Part shown: in pieces, positions 1 to 11,620 of the stretch
Position numbering within the stretch: the stretch's first letter is position 1
Layout: every line of letters begins with the position of its first letter
Assembly (NCBI GenBank): GCA_048128005.1
Contig: JBEUKZ010000099.1
Span: forward strand, 124,001-188,000
Source: Veleropilina oligotropha
Lineage: Eukaryota
Direction: 5' to 3'
DNA length: 64,000 nt
Notes under the pieces: generated by a model
The model's input: only the letters and a program-made list of their open reading frames with translations
The model's database searches: none
What the model was told of the DNA's origin: nothing
Position numbers and translations under genes: made by a program

Positions 1-1303
1 GGGAGTAGATACACTACACACTGCCATCCCAGCCTGGGAGTATATACACTACACACTGCCATCCCAGCCTGGGAGTATATACACTGTAACACACTGCCAT
101 CCCAGCCTGGGAGTATATCCACTACACACTGCCATCCCAGCCTGGGAGTATATACCCTACACACTGCCATCCCAGCCTGGGAGTATATACACTACACACT
201 GCCATCCCAGCCTGGGAGTAGATACACTACACACTGCCATCCCAGCCTGGGAGTATATACACTACACACTGCCATCCCAGCCTGGGAGTAGATACACTAC
301 ACACTGCCATCCCAGCCTGGGAGTATATACACTACACACTGCCATCCCAGCCTGGGAGTATATACACTGTAACACACTGCCATCCCAGCCTGGGAGTATA
401 TATACACTACACACTGCCATCCCAGCCTGGGAGTATATACCCTACACACTGCCATCCCAGCCTGGGAGTATATACAATACACACTGCCATCCCAGCCTGG
501 GAGTAGATACACTACACACTGCCATCCCAGCCTGGGAGTATATACACTACACACTGCCATCCCAGCCTGGGAGTATATACACTACACACTGCCATCCCAG
601 CCTCATCAGGAGGCGGGTCTGGGAGTAGATACACTACACACTGCCATCCCAGCCTGGGAGTATATACACTACACACTGCCATCCCAGCCTCATCAGGAGG
701 CGGGTCTGGGAGTAGATACACTACACACTGCAATCCCAGCCTGGGAGTATATACACTACACACTGCCATCCCAGCCTGGGAGTATATACACTGTAACACA
801 CTGCCATCCCAGCCTGGGAGTATATACACTACACACTGCCATCCCAGCCTGGGAGTATATACACTGTAACACACTGCCATCCCAGCCTGGGAGTATATAC
901 ACTACACACTGCCATCCCAGCCTCATCAGGCGGCGGGTCTGGGAGTAGATACACTACACACTGCCATCCCAGCCTCGTCAGGCGGCGGGTCTGGGAGTAT
1001 ATACACTACACACTGCCATCCCAGCCTCATCAGGAGGCGGGCCTGGGAGTAGATACACTACACACTGCCATCCCAGCCTCATCAGGAGGCGGGTCTGGGA
1101 GTATATACACTACACACTGCCATCCCAGCCTCATCAGGAGGCGGGTCTGGGAGTATATACACTACACACTGCCATCCCAGCCTCATCAGGAGGCGGGCCT
1201 GGGAGTATATACACTACACACTGCCATCCCAGCCTCATCAGGAGGCGGGTCTGGGAGTATATACACTTCACACTGCCATCACAGCCTCATCAGGCGGCGG
1301 GTG
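1..1303. repeat. Minisatellite, 35-bp unit with a 52-bp variant
   Basis: Unit CTGGGAGTATATACACTACACACTGCCATCCCAGC repeats from base 1. From ~600 some units carry an extra 17 bp (CTCATCAGGAGGCGGGT), and this variant dominates after ~900. Confidence 0.97.
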
Positions 1304-1518
1304 GATCGACAGTAACACTGTTGTCGCGCCGCAATGGTTTGATTCGATCCTTAACGTCTCATTTTAACACCCTTCAGGGCCCTGAATTTGAGAAAATCTA
1401 TCACGTAGTTTAGGATGAATGTCGATACAGCATCATGAGGTTTTCAGTATGATAGAGATTTCGTCCCGCCTTGTTCATATCATTGCGGGACGAAAGCTCG
1501 ATCATAGTGAAAACCTGC

Positions 1519-2404
1519 CAGGTCTCCACAAAATTGCGCGAACGATCGTTCAGCTCGCCTGAAGCTCGTGCAAATGCAATGTTGCGTGACCCAATTTTCG
1601 TTTGTGCAAAATTTCAGTTAATTCAATTCAATAGATATTTATTTACCTTGTCAGTAACGAATGTTGTTATGGCTGAAGCCGCAATATACTATAAAATAGT
1701 ATAAATAAAGCATGGCCAAGAATCTAATTGTTTACATCTTCGAAAAGTTCTGAATTCTGACAATGCAGAACATGGGCTACTGTTCACATATTATAAATCA
1801 TGACAGATTTGTGTCCCTGGATTATTCTAAAAATAGTAACTGGGAATTCCCAGTTTGCTGCAACAACCAAAGCTGTGTCAGCTTCAGGATGCTTCTGCGA
1901 TATTTTATTTTACAAGACATGTCAAACATTATTGAATACGACGTATATCTCACTAAATTCATTAAAATATTACATTATTATAACACAATAATGGAATTGC
2001 TTTTATAAATACAGAATTTGGTCTATATTTAAATGGACATAATATATATTTATACTGAAATATTTTCTTTGTTACCTCAATACTGTACAAGTGAAAACTC
2101 ACAATCAGTTGGATCAATTATAAAATTGAGATAAAAATTAATAAATTAAATTTGAATTTTTATTTGAAGTTTAAAGAAGGAAAACCATTTTAAAATATAA
2201 ATAATTATTAATAAATACATCAATTATACAATTTATTACCAACAATATTAGCAATATTATATATATACCGGTATATATAAAGTATTATTAATGATTTGAA
2301 AAAGTTTCGCATAAAAAGGGTTACCCAAATAAAATGGGTTACGCAACTACTATTTGGCGTAACCCACAAACAGGTTACGCAAAAATCCAATTTGTTGAGG
2401 CCTG
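1519..2404. mobile_element. Non-autonomous TIR element with CAGG ends, probably hAT-related
   Basis: Ends CAGGTCTCCACAAAATT / AATTTGTTGAGGCCTG, flanked by CCTGC direct repeats. Subterminal sequence resembles the element at 30393-31413 in the opposite orientation. Confidence 0.75.
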
Positions 2405-2817
2405 CCTGCCCATAAACACCAGCACAGGTATGGACAACTGCGACTGCAGCTGCACAAAGTACCCAGTAGAGGATTCTCATGCACTCAGGTGAAGCTGGGC
2501 AATCAAGCGAGTGATTGACAGTTAAACTTATGGAAGGCCGACCTGGCCATGGAACAATACAGAATAATGGTGCATCTCAATGGCTGCCAATTAAGTCACC
2601 AGTCATTATTTCCATAATCCTTAAAATACACAGCTGATATCGATTCAGAAAACGTCTCCTGCTTATATATTCACAGGAAACCGTCTCCTGACAAATCTTA
2701 GGAACTACTTCCAATATAGTCCTATACTATTTCAACCTCCCTTACAGATTCTTGACTAAAATTACCATAATCTTTCGATTCAATTTAATAAGAAACTTGT
2801 TGTGGCATATAATAAAA

Positions 2818-2970
2818 ATGTTATCAGTTATTGTGTGGATTCTGGCACATCGGAAACCTCTCGTGACGTCGTAGTTTTTGCGGCGGATAAATCGCGATTA
2901 ATCCACCGCAAAAACTACGACGTCACTCGAGGTTTCCGATGTGCCAGAATCCACACAATACTGATAACAT
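2818..2970. repeat. Near-perfect ~150-bp palindrome, probably the core of a non-autonomous DNA element
   Basis: ATTGTGTGGATTCTGGCACATCGGAAACCTC...GTAGTTTTTGCGG mirrors CCGCAAAAACTAC...GAGGTTTCCGATGTGCCAGAATCCACACAAT around ATCGCGAT. Confidence 0.9.
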
Positions 2971-3966
2971 CGTTTTATATTCCATTAATGACTTGTCTTA
3001 TCATGTATTATACCAAGAACGAAAAAATATATAGATAATTTGCAAATCAAGTCTTTATTAAAAATAAAACATAGTAATTATAATCAAAGCAATTAGCACT
3101 ATTATCAGTGTAGTATATAACAATGTATCCAACAATAGCCTGCAACCTAGCTTCTCTGTTCTATCTGATCAGATGGCATAATACTGTAATATAGGTGCTA
3201 GCGAACTTAAAGATACTGATCCTGAATCAGTCAACTCTTTCTGTATGTGTTCTTTGCATAAAGTTATGACAGTTTATAGATTATCGTATCAAGAAATAAA
3301 ATTTCAGATATAGTAATAAATGTTGTAAATGTCGATATTGAATAAAATGCAGTGAAAAAGTTAATTAATTAATCTTAATAATTATTATGGGACTGATTTG
3401 GGTTCAGCATCTTAAAAATGGCATTTATGTGATGGTTTGGATTTATGCTTAAAGAGCCAATATAAGTCTTCAGATTCCTATCAGGGCCCGTGTAAACATT
3501 ATCACAGGAGGATAACCAGTTTGTCGTGAACCGCACTCGCCCGACAACACCAGCCAATTATGGACAACTGTGACTGTTAATTGAATTACGACTGTTAAAG
3601 TGCCGAAACTCGATATTCAGTTAGAAGTGCTCAGGAATTTTTGAGTGCGGGGGGATTTTTTTTTTCGGTGCCATATGAAAATGTTTTACAAATATTATGC
3701 ATCTCGAAAGCAATTTTCTGATACATGAGTGACATTTAGATCATACATTAACGATATATATATTATAAAAAGTACATTTAAAATATATATATATATGCTT
3801 GTTTTTATACATTAATTATTCAAATATAGTGGTGAGTGGAAATATAAATATTAGTGTTTGTGCCTGGTGGCAGCAGAGACTGCCGGGTGAGGCCACCCAG
3901 TGCCACCCGGTGTTGGCACATCCCTGACACTTAATACAAAGTTCAGTAGACGATCATTAAGCGTGA

Positions 3967-4419
3967 CTATAAACGCAACATACAAGTCTTTTCATGTCTC
4001 GTCGTGTTATTGGAATAGGTAAACCCCTTACCACAGTATTTACATAGAAATGGCTGCTCGTTTTTGTGCTTGTTCACATGTCCAGTATAATGATCCTTCC
4101 GTCCAAACCCTCTGCCACAAATTTCGCATTTGAACTTAATAGAATTATTGTGGTTTTGAAGATGAATATGATAAGCGGAGTGTGTCGCGAATGATACGTC
4201 ACATATGTCGCATATTGGCAACACGTGCGGGTGAGATTTTTGCATGTGCTCATCGATTTCAGAAGAATCACAAAATGCAACCAGGCACACAGAACAGTTA
4301 GCTACAGCGACTCTCGGGTTCCCGTCACGATAACGAACATTGGGCCACTCAGAACTCTGGTTCCTGCCACCATAGACAACATTGGGCCAATCAGGACTCT
4401 GGTTACTGTCAGATCGGCA
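3967..4419 (-). CDS. Zinc-finger terminal exon A (three C2H2 fingers plus a C2HC last finger)
   Basis: Acceptor ttgttgttccctttcag|TGC, phase 0; 453 bp open to the stop. Fingers CSVC..H..H, CDIC..H..H, CEICGRGFGRKDHYTGHVNKH and CKYCGKGFTYSNNTTRHEKTC. No ATG lies upstream of the first finger. Confidence 0.88.
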   Translation of the reverse strand, partial: CRSDSNQSPDWPNVVYGGRNQSSEWPNVRYRDGNPRVAVANCSVCLVAFCDSSEIDEHMQKSHPHVLPICDICDVSFATHSAYHIHLQNHNNSIKFKCEICGRGFGRKDHYTGHVNKHKNEQPFLCKYCGKGFTYSNNTTRHEKTCMLRL

Positions 4420-4816
4420 CTGAAAGGGAACAACAAAACTTGTTCACTCTCACAAAAGTACATGTATAATCAAGGATGACTATACATTAACATTTATTTC
4501 TTTACTGTCAATATATCAATACCATCTTCAGGTTCAGCAAATTTTAGCGAATATTATCTCAATTCTTTCCTTTGAAGATTAATTAGTTCAGATGATAGTT
4601 ATAACTTATATGCTTCGTCTTGTTTTCACATCACCACACAGTGTGACATAGTGAATACACTACAGGGTTCCATATATTATCTGTACATGTAATAATTACA
4701 TAAATGCTATATGTAACATTTCTGTATTGGCATGCTGCCGTTACGATAAAAATATTTAATCTGTTAGATCTTGAAGATTTATCACAACACAAATGTTGCT
4801 TGGATTAGTCATATTC

Positions 4817-5526
4817 AAATCAACATATCTGAGTCACAGTGGGCAGTAATACAGTATCGACTTCAAATAAACATATCTGAGTCACAATGGGCAGTCTAGA
4901 CTTCAAATCAACATATCTGAGTCACAATGGGCAGCATCGACTTCAAATCAACATATCGGAGTCACAGTGGGCAGTATAGACTTCAAATCAACATATATGA
5001 GTCACAATGGGCAGTATAGACTTCAAATCAACATATCGGAGTCACAGTGGGCAGTATAGACTTCAAATCAACATATATGAGTCACAATGGGCAGTATAGA
5101 CTTCAAATCAACATATCGGAGTCACAGTGGGCAGTATAGACTTCAAATCAACATATTTGAGGAGGAGGAATTATGCTTAATATCCTGTATATTTATAACA
5201 TCGAGGTTCAAGGCAGGACATGTCCGTGTTATCGCGGGAGGAAACCCCGGTCGCCGGGTAAACCCGCCCTCTTCGGCCAGTCACGGACAACTGTGCTTCA
5301 TAACTTGAACAAATGTGTGCTGCCTCAGCCGGGGGTCGATCCCACTACTGTTCGCATCAGCGGAAACAAACCAGTGAATTTAGAGTGGACACTCTACCCA
5401 CTGCGCTACCGAAGCGGCCACAATGGGCAGTATAGACTTCAAATCAACATATCGGAGTCACAGTGGGCAGTATAGACTTCAAATCAACATATTTGAGTCA
5501 CAGTGGGCGGACAGTATAGACTTCAA
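4817..5526. repeat. Minisatellite, 40-bp unit, interrupted by a SINE
   Basis: Unit AATCAACATATCTGAGTCACAGTGGGCAGTATAGACTTCA occurs on both sides of the SINE at 5160-5419. Confidence 0.95.
5160..5419 (-). mobile_element. tRNA-derived SINE, family A
   Basis: Minus strand starts GGCCGCTTCGGTAGCGCAGTGG (A box), has GGATCGACCCC (B-box-like) and ends in a (CCT)n tail. A near-identical copy lies at 41403-41657. Confidence 0.9.
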
Positions 5527-5849
5527 GACACAAACTGTCCATCAACTTGGTGCAAAAGGATGATCCTACAAATAAAATGTTGAAGTGCGAAAAAGTTCTC
5601 CATCTCAATTTTTAAGAATCCATATTATGGCACAAGGAAGGAGTCAACCCAAGTAGCCGCGCGACATGCATTTGACACCAACAGTATAAATATATGTGTG
5701 CACTGGCTTATATTTTGGTACACTAGTATTTTATACAGAAATACCATATAATCCATATTATATATATATACAAAATATATCATACGTGACATCGATTTGC
5801 GTGTTTTACTTGCATCTTGTACGAGAAGGACTCAGTGAAATGAACGCTT

Positions 5850-6085
5850 TTGGTTTGGATCAATTCTTAATGTCCCGAATTAACAGCCTTCAGCTTCATA
5901 TCAGACCATGTCCATACTATCACGGGAGGAAACGTCTGTTAGCTCCCAAAAAACTTCCCTCATGGGCCAGTAATGGACTACAGTATTGTGGATTTTAAAT
6001 GAACAAAGATTGCAAAGCAAAGGATTCGAACCCACTTGTGTGAATTGAAACTCTACATTCTACCACTCGGCTACCGGTGCAACCG
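5850..6085 (-). mobile_element. Diverged tRNA-derived SINE
   Basis: Minus strand has GGTAGCCGAGTGGTAG (A box) and GGTTCGAATCC (B box); the body loosely resembles family A. Confidence 0.6.
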
Positions 6086-6830
6086 TGATACGGTATTGTG
6101 ATACCTGCAGGTATCGTCGAATATACTCACTTTACACTGCGTATATGGTTGACCGGCGCAAGCAGAGCTCAGACAGTTAAGCAATTACACAGGTTTGTCA
6201 TTGATTGTCACAATAGATTCGTCACAGATCCGAAAACACATTTTATGCCATAATATGATATACACAATGAAATATGCATAGTTTACATGCTGATTGTGAT
6301 TATATTGTGTAACAAGTTTTACGTAATCCAAAAATTACCAAAAAAAGATTTTTATCAGAAATGCAAGTATATTATTGTTACCTCACAAATCCCTACATGT
6401 TCAAAAGATCTTTTGTCACAGAAGTAATCAGTGCATATTACCATCATCTGTGGCTCGTACAATTATTGTATTTCATGTGATTTAAATACCGATAGTTATT
6501 ACAAACTACCATGTATTCGTTTTTGGTGAACTTCATATGATTCACAGATTGATTACACATCGTTTCCAGAGAAAGCGAGTTAAGTTCTTGGTTAGCATAT
6601 ATACATATCTAAAAGAAAAAAAAAACGTGAAAAATGCAACAACCTAGAACTGTACATTTGTTGATTTTTCATGAAATCATTTTAAGTCTACCATCTCTTC
6701 AAATAATGTTTTGATTGCAGTTTCAAGTTAAAACTTCCTACATATGGCCGTCAATGTTATCAACACAATGGTGTTTATTTCATGGCCATATTATGCTCGT
6801 TGCAAACACATATTTTCGAAAACAGAAATA

Positions 6831-7669
6831 TCATGTCCAGTTTTTCGCTTCGGCTCTCTGCCTAGCTGCTACGCCTTGCACCGTGGAGTGATACGTGTGC
6901 AGATCCGTGATTGCTATACAGCTGTTCGTGTATTGCTGACTTAAGCACGAGGCAATAGATATGCGCTTCATCATAACTTTCAAGGATCGCGACCCTGCGG
7001 CATAGGACAAGTACCACCTGCCGTACAATCGATTAGGATCTGGATGCGCGAAAAAGTCGTCGCAGTCTTCATTTAATTTGGACAAATAAAACTTCAAACT
7101 TCGCAGTGGGCAATGCATGGCATTGGTAGCATACATTCTCAGATTTGTGATCGTTTCGGTTGCTGCAAGTGCGCGTATGTCATCAGATAGCTCTGCATAC
7201 TCTTGGCCATTAGAGTCTTTGGAAAATTTAAACGACGACCTTTTTAAATTTTTTAAAATCTTGACATTGGAAACACGAAAATGCAGAATTATTTCGAAGA
7301 ATACTTTGTGCTGCAGGGACACTGGCGTCAAGTCACTGAAGAAGTCACCCGTGTACAGTATCGTTACATCCTCCATACTGATCGGAACTTTATGTTCAAT
7401 GTCGCGATTCATCGTCTCAAGAATAATGGTTTCGTAGACTTCATTTGCAGGAACAAATTCTACGTCCTTGACCAGATGTATCGTCCGGCTGATGGGCGGT
7501 TCCTGGAGGAACCGGTTCAGACCGGCTCGCAGGCTGATCATGCCACTCTTGGAATACAGTTGTCCAGATCGCTGTCGAATGTTACCGTAAAAGTCGACGA
7601 GCAAAGTGTTCAACATAGCCGGGGACAGGTGTTCAAAGTGGGGAGTCTTATTACTCGTAATCAACCATT
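6831..7669 (-). CDS. Crypton-derived DUF3504 (ZMYM/KCTD1/QRICH1-like) module, second and terminal exon
   Basis: Acceptor ttattttatgtttcag|AA, phase 1; open for 839 bp. Motifs LLVDFYGNIRQRSGQLYSKSGMISLRAGLNRFL, TPVSLQHKVFFEIILHF, RMYAT..CPLRSLKFYLSKL and WY..G..SL..MMKRIS..YTNSC match CryptonA/DUF3504 proteins. AATAAA on the minus strand at 6774-6779. Confidence 0.85.
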
Positions 7670-8073
7670 CTGAAACATAAAATAAAGCAAGGATCACTCA
7701 TATGATTGGTCATAAATGTTAAAAATTGTCAAAATCTCAAATATAAACTCAATATCAGAATAAATTGTGCGTGATGCCAAGGATGCTTCTGTAAATGGCA
7801 AATTTTGTGCGCTTTACGTTTGTCCAAACGGAATTGTACGCAATTATTATTCCATCATGTTACACGACTTGTTATGCAGATTTATTTTAATCCACAGTCA
7901 AGACCTATATTGCACGAATCCACTATTGCTAGAGCCCTTTATATAGCAATTGATGATTCAATTTTGAAGATTGTTAACGAATTATAACTTAGTGAGGGCT
8001 AAATCGGACATGTTTTCTACATTAATTCCAGCAACTTAGGAAAATATTTCAGCACAGTCAATAATAACCTCAC

Positions 8074-8242
8074 CTTTAAAAACCTTCACAGCCCAGCGAG
8101 TGTTTTTCTCCTGTGTGGGATCGACCTGGCTGTCGAGTTGGCCACAGAAGTCTGAGACAGAACACGTTGCCGCATCATTGCACGCATGTCCTGCCTGCAA
8201 GCTGATGTTAGGGAAGTCTTGTACATTCGCCAACTGGCTGGC
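8074..8242 (-). CDS. First exon of the Crypton/DUF3504 module
   Basis: Acceptor ttattcatttctcag|GCC is phase 0 (an alternative phase-0 AG gives a start at 8194). Donor AAAG|gtgag is phase 1. Splicing to 7669 rebuilds the family motif KNTRWAVKVFK-E-WL. Confidence 0.8.
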
Positions 8243-9090
8243 CTGAGAAATGAATAACATCTGGGTTACAAATTTCCAAAGAAAATCTGATTGCAAGCAC
8301 TGGCAAAAAGCATTCCAAATGCAGGGTTCTGCCCACGGTGGGCGGCGGTGGGCGCACTCATGACTCTCCGCCCAGCACTCAAATAGCACAACCTTTTTTT
8401 TGTTTGGGGCACGGATGCATGGATACATCGATATATTTTCTTTATTGGATTTTACATTGAATTTGGACATTTTAATATAGCAAATGTAACAAAAGATGCC
8501 GAATGTATTGTTATCGATTTAAATATTCCAAGCATATTTTCTACTTAGGTGTACATTTTACTCATTTTCATTTACCACCTGGCACTCATGATTTTCTGGC
8601 CAGAACCCTGAAAGCAGTGGCAAAAAGCATTCCATATGTAGCCTTGGTCCACTCCTGCAACGAAAAAGGCTCCAGCATCTGTGATTGTTGACAAAATGAA
8701 AAGTTTGTCCATTGGGGTAAGACTCGTTGACCTGTTCACATACAGGTTGGACGATTCGGTCAAAGAGAAATAATAGTCTAGACCATGTAAGCATTTGCAT
8801 ACATGACAAGCACTTTGAAAGCGACGTTTTCTGTTAACGGCAATAAGTTCGATGATTTCAAAACTGGTCTGACTGATGTGATCAAAATGCATAAGTGTTC
8901 CACTGGATATCTGACCAGTAGTGTTCTGAATCTTCGCCAAGGGTAAATGAGAACACCCAACAGGAACGAAATGCAATAGCCAAATGGATTGTTACAGTAA
9001 CTTCACCAATCTTGAATGCATTCTCTATTTATGAAAGTTGGATCTTGCCAATGTTATACAGTTGAATGTAACATCATTTGCATATATTAC

Positions 9091-9522
9091 GTATAGGTTA
9101 TACCACGAGGTTTGTTTGTATAATCGGAAAAGCCTGCAGTTAATCAACGAGGCGTGAAGCGCCGAGTTGATTAACTGCACGGGCTTTTCCGATTAGATAA
9201 CACAAACCGAGTTATATATTAAGTAACAGACTTAAACCATTGCAAAAGTGTAAAATAATTTAAAATGTGATTTTAATAACCTAATACACCCATTTTTAGT
9301 GTAAGAAAGTAGTCCCCCGTGGTCTAACTGACAATATGGCCAGTTAGACCACGGGCCAAGACAATAGAATGACGTCATACAAATGGTTTAAGTATAGGTT
9401 ATACCACGAGGTTTGGTTGTCTATTCGGAAAAGCGTGCAATTAAACCACGAGGTGCTTCATGCTGAGTTGTTTAATTGCACAAACTTTTCCGATTAGATA
9501 ACACAAACAGTGATATAACCGA
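9091..9522. mobile_element. Pair of related imperfect palindromes, possible non-autonomous Crypton-like element
   Basis: Two direct copies (~9091-9215 and ~9392-9520) start GTATAGGTTATACCACGAGGTTTG. Each folds back around GAGGCGTGAAGCGCCGAG or GAGGTGCTTCATGCTGAG. The family assignment is from recalled resemblance only. Confidence 0.5.
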
Positions 9523-10052
9523 TAATTAAACGTCACAGTTGTTCATGTATTTTGTCTTCATAATTATTATTTGCCAATAAATAATATAAATTCATTTATT
9601 CATATTTCATTTCTGTGAACACAATAAAGGGAAGTCTGTCTGTGCAGGTAAAATTGCCAAACCACGTCAACCATGAAACTCAATATGAAATCTCAAATCC
9701 ACACGTCAACCATATGACATGCATTATGCGTACTGAAGTCTGAAGTTCACCTGCATCCAATTTGATCGCTCCCATATATGCATGCATCAACTATACGCCA
9801 ACTAGCCATGGCAGAAAAACAATAATCTTGACCCAACCCCTCCGAGGCAGTGGCTCAAGAGTAGAATATTTCGGCTTTTAAGTAAAATCTGGCATATTGT
9901 TATATTTAATTGAACGTAAGATTTGACAACACCTGTCAACAAGACTTCGTTGTGACTTTTATTTCTTTCCTAAAACTAGCTGCATTTTCTTAACATGACA
10001 CACAAAAATATGGTGAATATTTTAAAATAAGTGTTGATTCAGCATTCATCTG

Positions 10053-10733
10053 TTACTCTTGTTTGCTGTTGGCATACATGCAGCGTCTGGTGTGGTTTTT
10101 TAACGACGTCCTCCATCTAAACACCTCCCCACAGTCACATGCATATATTCGATTTTCATGCATGCCTCTTCTGTGATCGATCATTATTGCCTTTGATGTA
10201 AACACGGCGCCACAAATGACACAACAGAAACATTCGGCTCCGTCTTCTAAGAGTATTGGCAGACCTTCGGTGGTACCGGTATCTGGTAATGGCTGGTACG
10301 AGGAACACTTCGCGATCGACTCATTCCTGTTTGCCAATTCTGTTGGTTCTGTTCGTTCCAGAGGCGATTCGCAGTGAATTCTCTCCTTGTGAATATTCAG
10401 CTCTTGGTTTGATTTTAAAAATATTCCGCATCTATCGCAAGAAACGATGAGATGCGCATGATGAACGGTGATGTGTTCCCTCAGTTGACTTTTGCTGTAA
10501 AATGTCAACTCGCAGTAGACGCATTTCAGCAGTTGCTTGGAGTGCTTCTGCATGTGCTGCTTATGGTCCAACTGGTTTGTGGAGACAAAACTACACAGAT
10601 TGCAGGACAGGGCTGCCGGTCCAAGTGTCAAATCTGGCAGCGATTGTGGAATTGGGTTAATACTGGCTATGATCGGTGCCACATTCGTTTTCCTGGCTTC
10701 CAAGTTCCTCCAAGGGAAGTCTGGTGCAAAGCC
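10053..10733 (-). CDS. Zinc-finger terminal exon D (five fingers, the last CxC...H...C)
   Basis: Acceptor tcccactctttgcag|GGC, phase 0; 681 bp open. Fingers begin CNLC, CVYC, CDRC, CVIC and CDCGEVFRWRTSLKNHTRRC. AATAAA on the minus strand at 9958-9963. Confidence 0.9.
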   Translation of the reverse strand, partial: GFAPDFPWRNLEARKTNVAPIIASINPIPQSLPDLTLGPAALSCNLCSFVSTNQLDHKQHMQKHSKQLLKCVYCELTFYSKSQLREHITVHHAHLIVSCDRCGIFLKSNQELNIHKERIHCESPLERTEPTELANRNESIAKCSSYQPLPDTGTTEGLPILLEDGAECFCCVICGAVFTSKAIMIDHRRGMHENRIYACDCGEVFRWRTSLKNHTRRCMYANSKQE

Positions 10734-11237
10734 CTGCAAAGAGTGGGATATATCATTGGGCATAGAAGGCTGTTTGTGAGCAAACACACAGGTTGTCAGG
10801 CAGGCATGTATAGCGTGGAACTAGTAAGCACCCACTTCATGCTATGTGAGCAAACACGCAGGTTGCAACATTTGTAAACTGCTTTCAATCTATGATGTTT
10901 TCAACCAACACAGCTTTAACGCTATCAACAAACCTCATCACGACTACCACAATGCGCCATCTACTCCATACAGATTCTACATTTTTGTCTTTGGTAAAAA
11001 CTAAAACTATATTTCTGTTCCTTATGACAATGCTGTACCTATGATAGTATCATTTAATGCTAAAATCAACAGATGAACTGCTGAACGCGGCATCGAATCC
11101 AACATTGATTGGCCTACAATACTCGACACCTACAAGAGATTGCTTAAAACATGTTAAATTTAATCCATTAACCCTTTGAGCATGGCCTGCTTTTACACCG
11201 CTTACACAGTTTTCGTCGGGCGCTCATATGGTAGAGG

Positions 11238-11368
11238 GAGGGAGGAATGATGCTTAATGTCCTGTATATTTACAACATCGAGGTTCAAGGCAGGACATGT
11301 CCGTGTTATCGCGGGGGGAAACCCCGGTCGCCCGGGTAAACCCGCCCTCTTCGGCCAGTCACGGACAA
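11238..11368 (-). mobile_element. 5'-truncated SINE, family A
   Basis: Only the 3' half is present; flanked by a TCATATGGTA(G/A)AGG target-site duplication. Confidence 0.88.
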
Positions 11369-11620
11369 TCATATGGTAAAGGTAACATTGAAAATTCACG
11401 TAAACGATATAAATTACAAATGGTCGCATTCCAGATATTCTTGGTACCTTTGTTCATCAGTTTGATTTTGATGGATGCTCAGTTTCCCATTCTGAACAGC
11501 GTTCAGGTCATACATGTTCAAGTGGCTGAGAGAAACAGGTCAGTTATAAATAATAAATAAATAATCTTTATTTAATTTCGATAACCCCATAGGTCTAGCA
11601 TATTTTCATGGGGGTCGAAT

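Noticed and set aside
1..1303. CRISPR-like periodicity and ORFs 297-560 and 512-880
   Set aside because: Units are contiguous with no unique spacers, there are no cas genes and the context is eukaryotic. The ORFs are translations of the repeat.
595..1303. CTGATGA hammerhead-like core on the minus strand of the 52-bp unit
   Set aside because: No GAAA follows the possible stem II and no stem I or III can be formed, so it is not a supportable ribozyme.
8036..8470. 144-aa ORF as a standalone gene
   Set aside because: Only 8242-8074 is bounded by splice sites and carries the DUF3504-type motif; the rest looks like intron read-through.
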